Source: Antedon mediterranea (Eukaryota > Animalia > Echinodermata). From it: 64,000 nt of DNA. The position numbers and the translations under genes were made by a program. Within the stretch, counting starts at the first letter, position 1. Each line of letters starts with the position of its first letter. The notes under the pieces were generated by a model. That model ran no database searches. It was not told where the DNA came from and saw only the letters and a program-made list of their open reading frames with translations. Shown here one piece after another: positions 24,488-36,790 of this stretch. Location of the stretch: contig NC_092677.1 of NCBI RefSeq assembly GCF_964355755.1, positions 19,924,101-19,988,100 on the forward strand, written 5' to 3'.

Positions 24488-27400
24488 TAGACAGGTTCCA
24501 TTTCTCAAAAAACGGCCTAGAAAACGAATCAAGAAGCATTTTTGGGTAGAAGCTGGGATCCACTTGATTTAGGATATTTCGACCTCGCTGATTACGAATA
24601 TGGCGGATCCCAAGCGAAATTCGGCAATCTAAGCCCTTAATTTGCATAATTAAAAATGGCGGCCATTTTTTATAATTAACCTATATCTCGAGAACCACTA
24701 GTCACAGATAATTAATTTTGGTGTCAAAATGTTTTAAATATATGTTTTTATATTCACTTTAATGACACATTTTCTCAAAAAATGGATGCAAGTCTTATTT
24801 CTGACATTTTGACCTTTGAACTTGATTTTTCGTATCTCAGTAACCAATAATCGGAGAGACACGAAATAGGGCTCAAACTGTTCAGAAACTATACATTCTT
24901 ATTTATTATAATGAAATGTTTTTACAAAAAATGGCCGATTCTACAACTATTGACCTTTGAACTATTAGTCAAATATAATAATATAAAAATAATATAACTT
25001 TGAAAATTGTGGTCTTATGAATTTTTTTTTCTTTTTAAATTGTTTAAAACATGTGTGTTTCTATCCAGTCTAATGGCATATTTTGTACAAGAATGGCCGA
25101 TAGTATGGTTATTGACCTTTTAACTACAGCATAGGCCATTGTATACTAAATATAATATAATTTCATAACTATGAAATTATTTATACACAATAATAATTAG
25201 TAAAATTATAAAATTCACTGCCATCAAATATGATGTGTTATGATTTATATAGATTAAAAAAAAAATTTGAATACGCAAGTTACATTTGTTGAAATTTGAA
25301 ATTACCTGCCATCAATATGATGGAGTATGATTATAGATTTTCTAAAATGTGAACATGTCAGCTACATTTGGAAATTACCTGCCATCAATATGATGGATTA
25401 TGATTATAGATTTAAAAAAGAATTTGAACACGTAAGCTACATTTGAAAATTACCTGCCATCAATATAATGGATTATGATTATAGATTTAAAAAAGAATTT
25501 GAACACGTCAGCTACATTTGGAAATTACCTGCCATCAATATGATGGATTATGAAAAATAATTTGAACACGTAAGCTACATTTGAAAATTACCTGCCATCA
25601 ATATGATGGATTATGATTGTATAGATTTAAAAGAAAATGTGAACACGTAAGCTACATTTGGAATGAACATGTTAAGGGCATCAGTTAAGATCATTCATGC
25701 AAAGGTTTCCGTCATCTTTAGCGTTGTTACAGCGGCATAAAGCTGTACATGGTAGTTTTGACTTCTTGCACCTACATCTATTGGTTATGCATCGTGTCTT
25801 GCATCCACAATAAATCATCTCTAACGAAGCAGTAGGAATAGCTTCATTTTTCAGAAGCACTGGTTGAAGTTTACCATTAGATAGCTCCCAACCAAAATAT
25901 GTTGGTGATGGCAAGTGCTGGATTGGCGATACAGCTTTTTTCCATACGAGTGCTTGGAAGTGTGCTCTTTTTATATGTTGGTGCACGGCATCGCTTGTGG
26001 AGGTAATGCCTCTGGTTTTTTTTGGTTAAAAGCCTAACTTCATTGGTACTTTTAACTTGACCAACACCGTAAACGTAGCAAATGAATCTTTCCGATTTCA
26101 TAATAACTTGGTCACTGATAGGTTTTCTCCCAGGTCTTTAATTTGTTCATACTTTATTTTTAATACTTCCCATGCCGATGCCTTTGAGTGACCACTTAGA
26201 TATGAGCAGTGAAGATTTAAATTACTGTATGTATGTATTAATGTAATTTAACTCTTCCCTGGATATGAGTAGTATCGCATCCACTAATAGTGTGGAATGG
26301 AATCAGTGCTTTTGTAGAACCCTCGGGCAAGGCTTGAAAAATGTCTTTTATAGATACTTTCTTTTTTTGGATGTCCCTGTCATCATCCATTTGGATACCA
26401 TGCTTTGGTAGTGAGACACTAGAATCACTAGTACGTCTGTATCCCTAGAAGCAACTACAACTGTGTCGTATCGGACATTGGCAGCATGACAAGTCTCGTG
26501 TCCGATTCTTCATGGTCTGCGACCAGAGACAACGTATTCGTGTAGACTTTTGATGATTTAACAACTGATTCTTTCATAAATCCACCAGCTGTGACAATTT
26601 CTTTGTCTATAGGAGCTTGACGAATCAACTCCTATGATAGAAATCGTGTCAGATCTGCATTATTATCTTGTAATGCCAAAAAGTTTGACCAGCAATTTGG
26701 CAGCGGTATTTCACCACTTTCTATAATTCGACGAATTGGTCTCTGTGTTTTGGTTCATCTTTGTCTGGTGGTGTCCTTTATCGACAGTTTTAAGTTAGGC
26801 ATGCCATGTTTAAAAAAAACCAGAGCCATTACCTCCAACAAGCGATGCAGTGCACCAGCATATAAAAAGAGAACACTTCCAAGCACTCGTATTGAAAAAA
26901 GCTGTATCGCCAATCCAGCATTTGCCATCACCAACAGATTTTGGGTGGGAGCTATCTAATGGTAAACTTCAACCAGTGCTTCTGAAAAAATGAAGCTATT
27001 CCTACTGCTTCGTTTTAGATGATTTATTGTGGATGCAAGACACGATGCATAACCATATAGATGTAGGTGCAAAAAGTCAAAACTACCATGTACAGCTTTA
27101 TGCTACTGTAACAACGCTACAGATGACGACGGAAACCTTAGCATGGGATGATCAAAACTGATGCCCTTAACATGTTCATTCCAAATGTAGCTTAGGTGTT
27201 CACTTTTCTTTCAAACCTATAGGCCTACAATCATAATCCATCATATTGATGGCAGGTAATTTCCAAATTTCCAAATGTAGCTGACGTGTTCAAATTGTTT
27301 TTTAATTCTATAATCATAATCAATCATATTGATGGCAGGTACTATACAATCATAATCCATCATATTGATGGCATTTAATTTCCAAATTTCCAAATGTAGC

Positions 27401-28412
27401 TGACGTGTTCAAATTCTTTTTAAAATCTATACTCATAATCCATCATATTGATGGCAGGTAATTTTCAAATGTAGCTTATGTGTTCAATTTCTTTTTTAAA
27501 TCTATAATCATAATCCATCATATTGATGGCAGGTAATTTCCAAATGTAGCTGACATGTTCACATTTAAAAAAATCTATAATCATACTCCATTATATTGAT
27601 GGCAGGTAATTTCAAATTTCAACAAATGTAACTTGCGTGTTCAATTTTTTTTTTATCTATATAAATCATAACACATCATATTTGATGGCAGTGAATTTTA
27701 TAATTTTACTAATTATTATTGTGTATAAATAATTTCATAGTTATGCAATTATATTATATTCAGTATACAGTAGGCCTATGCTGTAGTTTAAAGGTCAATA
27801 ACCATACTATCGGCCATTCTTGTACAAAATGTGCCATTAGACTGGATAGAAACACACATGTTTTAAACAATTTAAAAAGAAAAAAAAATTCATAAGACCA
27901 CAATTTTCAAAGTTATATTATTATTATATTATTATATTTGACTAATAGTTCAAAGGTCAATAGTTGTAGAATTGGCCATTTTTTGTAAAAACATTTCATT
28001 ATAATAAATAAGAATGTATAGTTTCTGAACAATTTGAGCCCTATTTCGTGTCTCTCCGATTATTGGTTACTGAGATACGATAAATCAAGGTCAAAGGTCA
28101 AAATGTCAGAAAAAAGATTTGCATCCATTTTTTGAGAAAATGTGTCATTAAAGTGAATATAAAAACATATATTTAAAACATTTTGACACCAAAATTAATT
28201 ATCTGTGACTGGTGGTTCTCGAGATATAGGGTAATTATAAAAAATGGCCGCCATTTTTAATTATGCAAATTAAGGGCTTAGATGGCCGAATTTCGCTTGG
28301 GATCCGCCATATTCGTAATCAGCGAGGTCGAAATATCCTAAATCAAGTGGATCCCAGCTTCTACCCAAAAATGCTTCTTACATCATATTTCAGAGGAAAT
28401 AGAACTTGTCTA
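24488..28412 (-). mobile_element. Academ (XPG-nuclease type) internally deleted fold-back element
   Basis: TTG|TAGACAGGTTCCATTTC ... GAAATAGAACTTGTCTA|TTG (3-bp TSD, TAG..CTA ends). Removing it restores the HECT motif GGPT-REMFR. Inverted arms are ~24531-26022 and ~26812-28379, with ~70-bp internal tandem repeats. Confidence 0.82.
25681..26800 (-). pseudogene. Academ protein C-terminal remnant (XPG/FEN-like nuclease plus Cys-rich CXC zinc finger); inverted partial copy at ~26812-27160 (+)
   Basis: Frameshifted motifs DHEESDTRL and VVASRDTDVLVIL, then HQHIKRAHFQALVW...FGW...CGCKTRCITNRCRCKKSKLPCTALCRC. Confidence 0.8.
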
Positions 28413-31293
28413 TTGTAGGTCCTCCGGTATCCATAGCTTCTTCTCCAACAAATTCGCATTGTACCTTTTTTCGGCAGTTAAAACCATCTTGCCCGTACGC
28501 GTATAGGATCGAACGTAAAAACCGTTTTCTGTGGCAAATAACCTTCTGATATTCATCAACTTGATGATGTCTCTGGTAATTGGCGAGGATGTCCTTAATT
28601 GTTATATCTACTTGATCTTCGCACCTAAAATGATATTATCAACCGTTAGTGTTGACGATAAATCATTAATGTCTTATTTGAACTGTTAAAACCATTTGGT
28701 GGGGGTAGGGTTTTGTTACCAGATAAGTTACCATCATTCACAAATTAATCAGTCGAGTCTCGTACGTAGGTGTAGTATAATGACTACAACATTCAGCCAA
28801 TTTAGGGTTTAACAGGGGGTGGGGTGGTGGAAGGTGGTGGGGGGGGGGGGGGGGGGGTTGTTCGGACACAAAACCGAACCATGAACCCCCTTGGCTACAG
28901 GCCTGTTTAAGCGTCTCCTGAAACATTTGGTACACAAACCTTGTTTCCTGGGATTCCACTAAACTATTTTTAATAGCTTGTTGTAGTTGTAAGTCTTCTT
29001 CATCGTCTGTATCGTCAGAGTCTGAACATAAATTCACATATGATGTATATGCTGACCTGTAAACAAAAATAAAATTAAAATTAAAAATCCTTAAAAGAAA
29101 GTTTATATGCATAACAGAATACTTCTCATACAAACGATCACGGGTAATGTTCGGAAAATTTTAATCGTTGTTCGTCAATCACACCTTACACAGCATTGTG
29201 GCATATTTCGAATAATAAGTTTAACTCACTCATTTTTCGATTGAGTGGATGTTGAAGGCATATGCGATTGACTTGTCGAGGCTAAATTCATCATTGAGTC
29301 AGTAGGTCTATCAGGTACCTGTAAATGGAGCAATTCATTATAATGCTGGAGTTTACTTTATGAATATTGTATTATAAGTGCACGATGAGTTATTTCACCT
29401 TTCTGAACAAGGTTATTTACTACCAGAAAAGATGGACTCGGTCTTCTGTTAATTAACAAAAATGAATCACACTAGTATATCATTGAGTTGTACCACAATT
29501 ATACAATGTATAACTTACGGGTTCCAATTACAATTTTAAATATTACCTACCTTAAACGATACGGTTGGTGTGTCGGGCTGTACAAGTGGGCGTGTTGGAT
29601 GGTCTATTTCTACCAACGGTACATCATTATCCCCGTCGTCGTCATCAGATGACTCGCCACTTCTCTTTCGTTTTACGGCTTCATCTTTTCTGCCAACTGG
29701 AGTGGTTTGAAGGTAGAACCTTAGAACTGCCATTTTGCATTCAGCATACAGCTCCCCAACGCTCATGTCTTTTTTCAAGGGATGTTGTCGAAAATCACAT
29801 AGCTTGCAGTTGAATTCGCTTAGCTTTCCTTTAAATGACAGTCCATCCTTAAAAAACAAGTTAGTGGCAATTTCTAACAGTTCATTATAATTTGTGGACT
29901 TTGGCACTATTAGCTGTCTTGTTCCTCCTCCTTTTTGTTTGCGAACTTGTTTGAAGCATTTTGATTCAGCGTCGTAGTCCAACCACCCTATATCGATTTT
30001 CCGATTTGTTTTTTGGGCATTTTTGTTCCCTAACAGCGTGCTTGAGCGCGTATCCCAAAGATTTCCGTCCTCTTCCACGTCCTCTTCATCGTCCCTTCTC
30101 TTGTTCAATTTTTGTTTGAGTTTTTGTAGAACTGTTTCTTTTTTACTTTGCGTCTTTTGTCTTTGCAAAATTCGCGTACAGCAATTCTGTCCCCAAGGAG
30201 AGGAATAAATTTCGAAAGGTCTTCGTCAGTCATGGCTACTATAACTACTGAATCAATCTGCAAAAACAAAAGTTGATTAACATCATGCATTACCGGTACA
30301 TAGTCACATTAAGGGGTCGAGTGAACGTTTCAATATATTTGATTAGGCATACCAATGATTGATCTAAACATTAAACCTTTTAAAATGTGTGCGTACTGTG
30401 TAAAACATCGTGGCATGCAAGCGACCCGTATGTGCTACGTTAAATTATGAATTAACAGATTAGGATAAATCATGTATATGTACATATATCAATGTATAAT
30501 ATGTACATAAAATTATATCAATTTTAATATTGATTAGACAAACACTACAACTATAAGGGAAACAGTTTAGAAAACTTCAATATTTGGGAAAATTACAGAT
30601 TTCACAGTACAAACCCCCTTTTTACGCCGCTTATTAGGGGGTTCACAAAAACCCTAAACATTCCCCCTCTCCCTGGATTCGCAACTAGGCGTCAACCTCA
30701 TACAACAAAGATGCAGAATAGGACTATAGGCCTATATTAATCTTATAGAGGATACAATATTTAATGACAAATATAATTACAGTATAATATTTAGTATTCC
30801 CATGATTTAAGCATCATAGACATTGTTTTTTTTACCTTTTCATCCCTCATTCTCTGTATGTACTCCTCTTCAATTCCTCGTTCCTCCATGTATTCATATA
30901 ACTTATCCATCGCCGTATCTTTCGTGAATTTAATGTAGGGCCTATGGTTTTATTCCCCAGTAGAGCTTCTTGTACCGCCAACCGAATTAAGCCCTGATGA
31001 TTGCACAAACAGACTTTGGTAAGCGAATGGCTACTTTTTTGCGTAAAAGTTGGAGGCTTCCCCACTATATTATCATGGGGTAATTCAAGTGTATAGCTAT
31101 AGCGACTTTAGCCTAGTATAAAAGTACAGTTATTGGTTAGTAATATAACATTAATGTATTCTATTTTTTAAAAACTTATTAAGATTAAATTAAGGTATGA
31201 TTAAGTGTTAATGTTAATAGCTATCCGTAATGTGTGTACTCTCCAGTAAAAAAACGGAATACACAGGGATGTGCCCTCGCTATTGAAATTTAC

Positions 31294-31546
31294 TGGGTGC
31301 TCAAAACAGAGACCTCGAAAACAAAGATCAGAAACACGAGACCCATGGGTCTCTGTTTTGGAGATTTTAAAACCAGAGACCCCCCACCCCCACCAAAAAA
31401 AAAACTTCTCGATATTACATTATTTAAGGGGTATCTGTTTTCCAGAAAATTTCGAAAACAATCGAGAAAATCTCGAAAACAGATACCCCCCTATATAACG
31501 TAATATCAAGAAGTTTTAGTGGGGGTCTCTGTTTTCGAGACACCCG
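31294..31546. mobile_element. Small MITE with an imperfect ~8-bp TSD (MULE-like)
   Basis: AAATTTAC|TGGGTGCTCAAAACAGAGACC ... GGTCTCTGTTTTCGAGACACCCG|GAATTTAC. Confidence 0.6.
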
Positions 31547-34037
31547 GAATTTACCATAACACTTGATTGTTTTTGCAATTAAATTCACGTTTTGTTTTAT
31601 ATGTATTGTTTCCCAATTACTTATACTTCTAACAGTTATGAAATGACACTGTCAAATGTAGCAAATCTGTCAAATAAAAACTTGATTTCCGACGAGATAA
31701 CACACATTTACGTGATGCGATGTATGAAATAATATGAAGCTTTCATGCCTAGTTATTTATAATCCGACAATTATTAGTGGAGATAATTTTAAAAACCGTT
31801 TAAAAACAGTGATTTTAAACAAGGTCGCGTTTCGGGATGCACAACGCGCGTGTCGCTTATTTACGGAATACAATTGATATGTGCCCCATTTGCACTCATT
31901 TAATATCCTTCATTGAAATGGGACATACCGTAACTTACATAAGGTTTCGATACTATAACTAACTAACTAAGTTTTATTATGATAAAAGAAATATAGGCCT
32001 AACTTAATATCGGTATGCACGCACATGGTTGACGTTGAGTTGTGCTAAATTACGAATAATATTATAGTATTGGAATTGATATTATCGAATGAAATTATTA
32101 AGACTAATTCATTTAAATACGTAAAATTAATCAAAGTAATATTTATTTTGAAGGATAAATATGTATACATATATTCTTTCTATTAAAGTTAATGTTAAAA
32201 CTGGTCATACAGTTATTAATTGCTGACTATTTGCCATAGTCCTACAGCGAAGCCTAAAACTTTAAACATTCAACTAAAATAATATGTTAATTCATTTTCG
32301 ATGATTGAGTTGAGTTCAACAAAAACAAAAGATAAAACGTACTTACTGAAATATAAAATATGCTGGAATTTCACTGGAACCGTAGGATAAAACAAACTAT
32401 TTATTTTGTAAGTTTGTATGAAGCAGCAATGGTGATGGAAATTAATCTTACGTATTTATAGTTTTAATAAGTAATTGCTTAACCAATCAAATTGTCGGAA
32501 AATGATGTAAACCTAACATCAATCAAATAAGACAGTGAATTGGTTTTTATCAACCCGGCACTTTTTTGGGCATGATTCATGGTTTCCCTTCCATTCCATA
32601 TTTACATTCCTCGTGGTTTATATCATGTCCCTTATATCCTTGTCTTCATTTTCCACATCCTCTAATCCATCATATGCCTATGTTTACATTCCAAAAAATG
32701 ACACTCATGGAATCACTCTAAACTTATGAGTTGATCACTTCTTGTAATGAAATAGATGCGATTTGTAATTATATAATAATAAAATAACATCAGTACGTAT
32801 ATTGTTCGTTTTACTATACTAAATCTTCAATTTTAAACTATTGTACAATTCTTGATTTAAACTGTTTTGTTTTTACTTAGATGGTCTGTGATTAGTTTTT
32901 TTTGTGTTTAAACTACACCGTACTTTATCATCTAGGAGCGTATCCGGTGGGTTGGGTGGGGGGGGGGGGGATGCTGTCGTTCCCCCTTCTTTTTTCAATA
33001 AAACAAATTGAAATTGAAATTGAAATTGAAACGGTCGGCGAATCAAAATTTCACAAACTCACATTAAGGTTGACACCCCCACCCCTCTTTATATTCATTG
33101 TTGGCTAATCTATCATCCCTTGTCATTAATTTAGAATGTTTACACTCTTATGTTTGACAATAAGGTTGAAAGTTAAGAAAGTATTGTCATATTGATTCGA
33201 ATATCAATACAGTATCAAGGGCGGGTCTACTACCTTGTCATCTGCCATTTGGCAAGTCCATGAGGGGGCGGGTCAAAGAATTTAAAATAGAAGGGGAGAG
33301 GGAGCAGAGGTAATGTTTCTCAATATGACATGTTCATTTCAACTGAGAAGCAAACAAAAAAGAGGAAGGTAAAATTTCCCGGCTATAAGATTTCAATTTC
33401 CAACAACATTTGTCATTTGGCGTCTCGGACGTAAATTGAATCCGCCCCTGAGTATTGTACGTTTTGTATACCATTTGTTTGAAAAAAGAATCCGTGTACT
33501 ATAGTAGGCCTACAGGAATTTTTTTGAAAATGGCCAAAATATCACCTTTTTACAAATACAATTATTATGCGATAATATTGCCATATGCGTATATTGTGTT
33601 ATCAACATGTTATAGAGCTATAGTTGCATTCCTCTATAATATTTTTAAATAACTGGTGCAAGACATAATCTGTCAGTCCATGGCAGTATTTTAAATATTA
33701 AATGTATCATATTATTTTCATTGACAGAATATCGTAATCCCATAAACTCGTTATGATCGATGAAATCAACGGCTAAGCTGCAACGACTTGTTGCTATTGT
33801 AATGTATCAGAGTTATATACAATTCCAATATTTAACGTTACCACACACCAACTGAGTTCAAAAATTTGCCCCACAAAAGTCCAGTAAGAAACTGACCAGA
33901 TGTTTTTCATGAATACTACTAACCAATTAGCTCTCTAAAATAACAGTTTTAGAGAACTTTCCCATCGTAAAACAATTCAAGAATGACAGTTTTTAAGTAG
34001 AGAATTGACAACGATATCCATCATTGAGATATACAAT

Positions 34038-34640
34038 TTTTCACGCTGCTGCTCTAGCCCGCTACGTCCCATTAGGACTACTCAATCAGAAGCTAAAGCA
34101 AGCAGCAGTTATAGTTCTAAGGACAGACAGTTTTGTGAAAATGGAAACTCCACTATAATTTATTGATTCCAGCTGCTACAGTAGACCCAAAAAACGTCTG
34201 GGAAAGAGTCTATTAGGACATGTCATGCTAAAATTACAAATCCCTAAGCATTTCTGGTATATTCACTGTCAGATATTCATTGAATTATTATCGAAACAGT
34301 CCATTAAAGTTTGTGTTTGTAATAGGATACTTCACAATTGAAATATCTAGGGTGATGAAGTGACCCCCAGATTTGACCTTAGCAATAAAATTAACTAAAG
34401 TGACAGAAATTGAGTATTCACTTCTGTAACAAAAAAATAATATTTATTCACATATAAAAAAAGAAAAGAAACACAAAAACCATTGTCTGACAGACAATTT
34501 AAGTATTTGTTGCTTTAAATTACATTTTTTTCAGGTAAAATAACTATTATGTGACAATAAAATGACACATTCAAAAACATTTGAAATAAAAAATATTTTT
34601 CAATATGCGAGCAGCGTTTTTTGTAAGAAATATTTCTTGT
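34038..34640 (+). repeat. Dispersed ~600-bp repeat with a near-identical inverted copy at ~61560-62157
   Basis: TTCACGCTGCTGCTCTAGCCCGCTACGTCCCATTAGGACTACTC ... GTAAGAAATATTTCTTGTT matches the reverse complement in DYNC1LI intron 6. Confidence 0.85.
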
Positions 34641-35085
34641 TCAAACTACTTTGTCTTGCCTATACCTAGATCGTGGATCAACTAGGACCAATTTTATATC
34701 TAAGCTCAAAGACGATTAATGATGACATATGCAATGAACAGAGAAGCCGATATACCCCCAGTCTCAACAGAGCCCAGAGACACCTCACTGAGCCACTTCA
34801 TCATAGGCACACCTACAGAGACACACCTCATTCACAACATCATCATCTATCATCACCGATCGACTGATACCCTGTAGTAGTATTTATCGTATCGTATCGT
34901 ATATACGAACTCAATTGCAACCAAGCGAGTAAAGTCTCAATACCGGGCTCATCAGTCTAAAACGTCTCCAATTATATTACACTATATTTAAAATTGATCC
35001 ATATGAATTTAAAAACAAATGTATGTAAAGAGGCCCTTAATCTTACTCTGGCGGACACTTTAGTTAAATACGATATTAATAATAA

Positions 35086-35737
35086 TTTTCTGAGAATGCC
35101 CCAACAACTCTCAATTCGTTGATTATGCTGACTTGTTCCTTGTATAAAACTGCTGTTCTCATTACAAAGAAATTGTTGCATTGGACCAACAATAGAATTT
35201 TCAGTTCCGAAATCTGTTCTAATAGACTTTGGACAACCCCCGGGACAACCCATTTTTTTGGCGAACAGAATTTACGTAATAGCCGGCTATAACTTTGGGA
35301 CTAGCCATATTATGTGTCTAGAGAATCCGTCATTTATACAAATGCCGTATGGCTTAAGTTTGCCGTACGAGTCGATATGCCAGATATAGTTTGGGCCAGG
35401 TACATGATAAATTCTTCTGTGTAGTCGTCGTCTCCTTCTTGCTTCGACACCCTCTGGGTCAAGAAGGCTTAAAATTATTCTGACCGTCTCTTTATCTATG
35501 TTTAACCCATTTTGTGTGCAACGAATGTGCATCCACCTGTACCCATGTAGCATCCTTGACGTCTGTAATTGGCTTCCAGTTCGTCAGACTTCGACTAAGG
35601 CACATTTTTTTCAGCCTTCGCTTTAATGTCCGTTTACTTATCAAATTATCATGATCTTCTGCTAACATTTCAATAATCTCTTGATAATTTAAGCTACGAT
35701 TGAAATATAATCTAATCCAATGGTTTTCAGGACGCAT
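35086..35737 (-). pseudogene. Inverted, truncated, frameshifted copy of the first ~700 bp of the IS3EU transposase (right arm)
   Basis: ORF fragments 35492-35737, 35287-35553 and 34972-35253 nearly match the protein from 19743 onward, with several short deletions and a 10-bp duplication. Confidence 0.92.
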
Positions 35738-35802
35738 GATGACCAGATTGCATTAGCTAAAGTCATCCGGGATGGTTGGGATGTCATTAGAAAGGGCAGA
35801 GG

Positions 35803-36257
35803 TCGAATTATTAATTCGAAATAACGAATTAAAAATTTGAATTAACGAATTACTAATTTGAAATTTCGAATTACTAATTTGAAATATCGAATTATTAATT
35901 CGAAATAACGAATTACTAATTCGAAATTTCGAATTATTAATTCGAAATTTCGAATTATTAATTCGAAATAACGAATTACTAATTCGAAATTTCGAATTAT
36001 TAATTCGAAATAACGAATTACTAATTCGAAATTTCGAATTATTAATTCGAAATTTCGAATTATTAATTCGAAATAACGAATTACTAATTCGAAATTTCGA
36101 ATTAATAATTTGAAATAACGAATAAATAATTCGAAATTTCGAATTAATAATTCGAAATTTCGAATTATTAATTCGAAATTTCAAATTACTTAAATAAATT
36201 CGAAATAACGAATTAATAATTCGAAAAAACGAATTAATAATTCGTTATTTCGAATTT
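35803..36257. repeat. Right-arm copy of the 21-bp palindromic array (~21 units)
   Basis: Mirror of 19140-19677 with a different unit number and order. Confidence 0.95.
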
Positions 36258-36381
36258 GTGAAGGCAATATTATTTTTTTGTTGGCCCTAATAGGCTTTCG
36301 TAGAAAATACATCCAAACTCAAGTAATACATACACGTATGAAACGCCATATGTGCAAAAATATTTATATTTTTACTAATAC

Positions 36382-36790
36382 CAAAGAACTTATAACACAA
36401 GAATCTCCTGTTCGTCCGAAGCGCGTAACAATTTCGAAAGGCATTGTGGGATAGAATAGAGCTATGGGTGGCGCCATTGTGAGCCATGGAGTAGGGCGCC
36501 CGCATCAAATTAGAAAGTCAAAATCATAGAGGGGATCTGCTAATGCTCTAGGGGGGATAGAGTAATTGACTGAGGAGTAGGGCGCCCGCATTAAATTAGA
36601 AAGTCAAAATCATAGAGGGGATCTGCTAATACTCTAGGGGGGTAGAGTAATTGACTTCCTAGTTTGGAGGGGGCGCTGCTCCATGCTGTGAAATGGCGTC
36701 GCCCAGTTTGACCTTTTAACCCTGTACTTCCGATACTGTGTTTTGAATGCAAATTGAAGAACAGGAGATTCTTGTGTTATAAGTTCTTTG
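36382..36790. mobile_element. P-element-like MITE
   Basis: CTAATAC|CAAAGAACTTATAACACAAGAATCTCCTGTTC ... GAACAGGAGATTCTTGTGTTATAAGTTCTTTG|CTAATAC; 32-bp TIR, 7-bp TSD and an internal ~82-bp duplication. Confidence 0.8.

Larger units (their letters stand above)
21775..30910 (-). pseudogene. Transposon-borne HECT E3 ubiquitin ligase gene (G2E3-like HECT), disrupted. Exons approx. 30836-30910, 29551-30257, 29230-29318, 28940-29056, 28413-28624 + 24472-24484 (split by Academ), 23692-23956, 23114-23261, 22442-22671, 21775-22025
   Basis: Spliced translation: MDKLYEYMEERGIEEEYIQRMRDEK-IDSVVIVAMTDEDLSKFIPLLGDRIAV (SAM-like), FVGEEAMDTGGPT-REMFRLL, AGSFVAWSLLHGGPG, QFTEGL, FLTFVTGADSIPPLGF, YPTASTCGLDLHLP (catalytic Cys), ending GFGKL*. 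There is a frameshift near 30165, an Academ insertion, and an unclear junction at 23692/23261. Confidence 0.85.
19094..36302 (+). mobile_element. Complete 17.2-kb IS3EU-type DNA transposon (DDE transposase plus HECT ligase cargo, long inverted arms)
   Basis: GAAAAT|TACGAAAGCCTATTAGGGCC ... GGCCCTAATAGGCTTTCGTA|GAAAAT: perfect 6-bp TSD (19088-19093 and 36303-36308) and TAY..RTA termini. It encodes an IS3/integrase-like transposase. Inverted arms are 19094-20441 and 35086-36302. Confidence 0.88.

Noticed and set aside
25681-25986. Host tesmin/TSO1-like CXC gene
   Set aside because: It is the frameshifted C-terminus of an Academ-type protein inside TAG..CTA ends with a 3-bp TSD.
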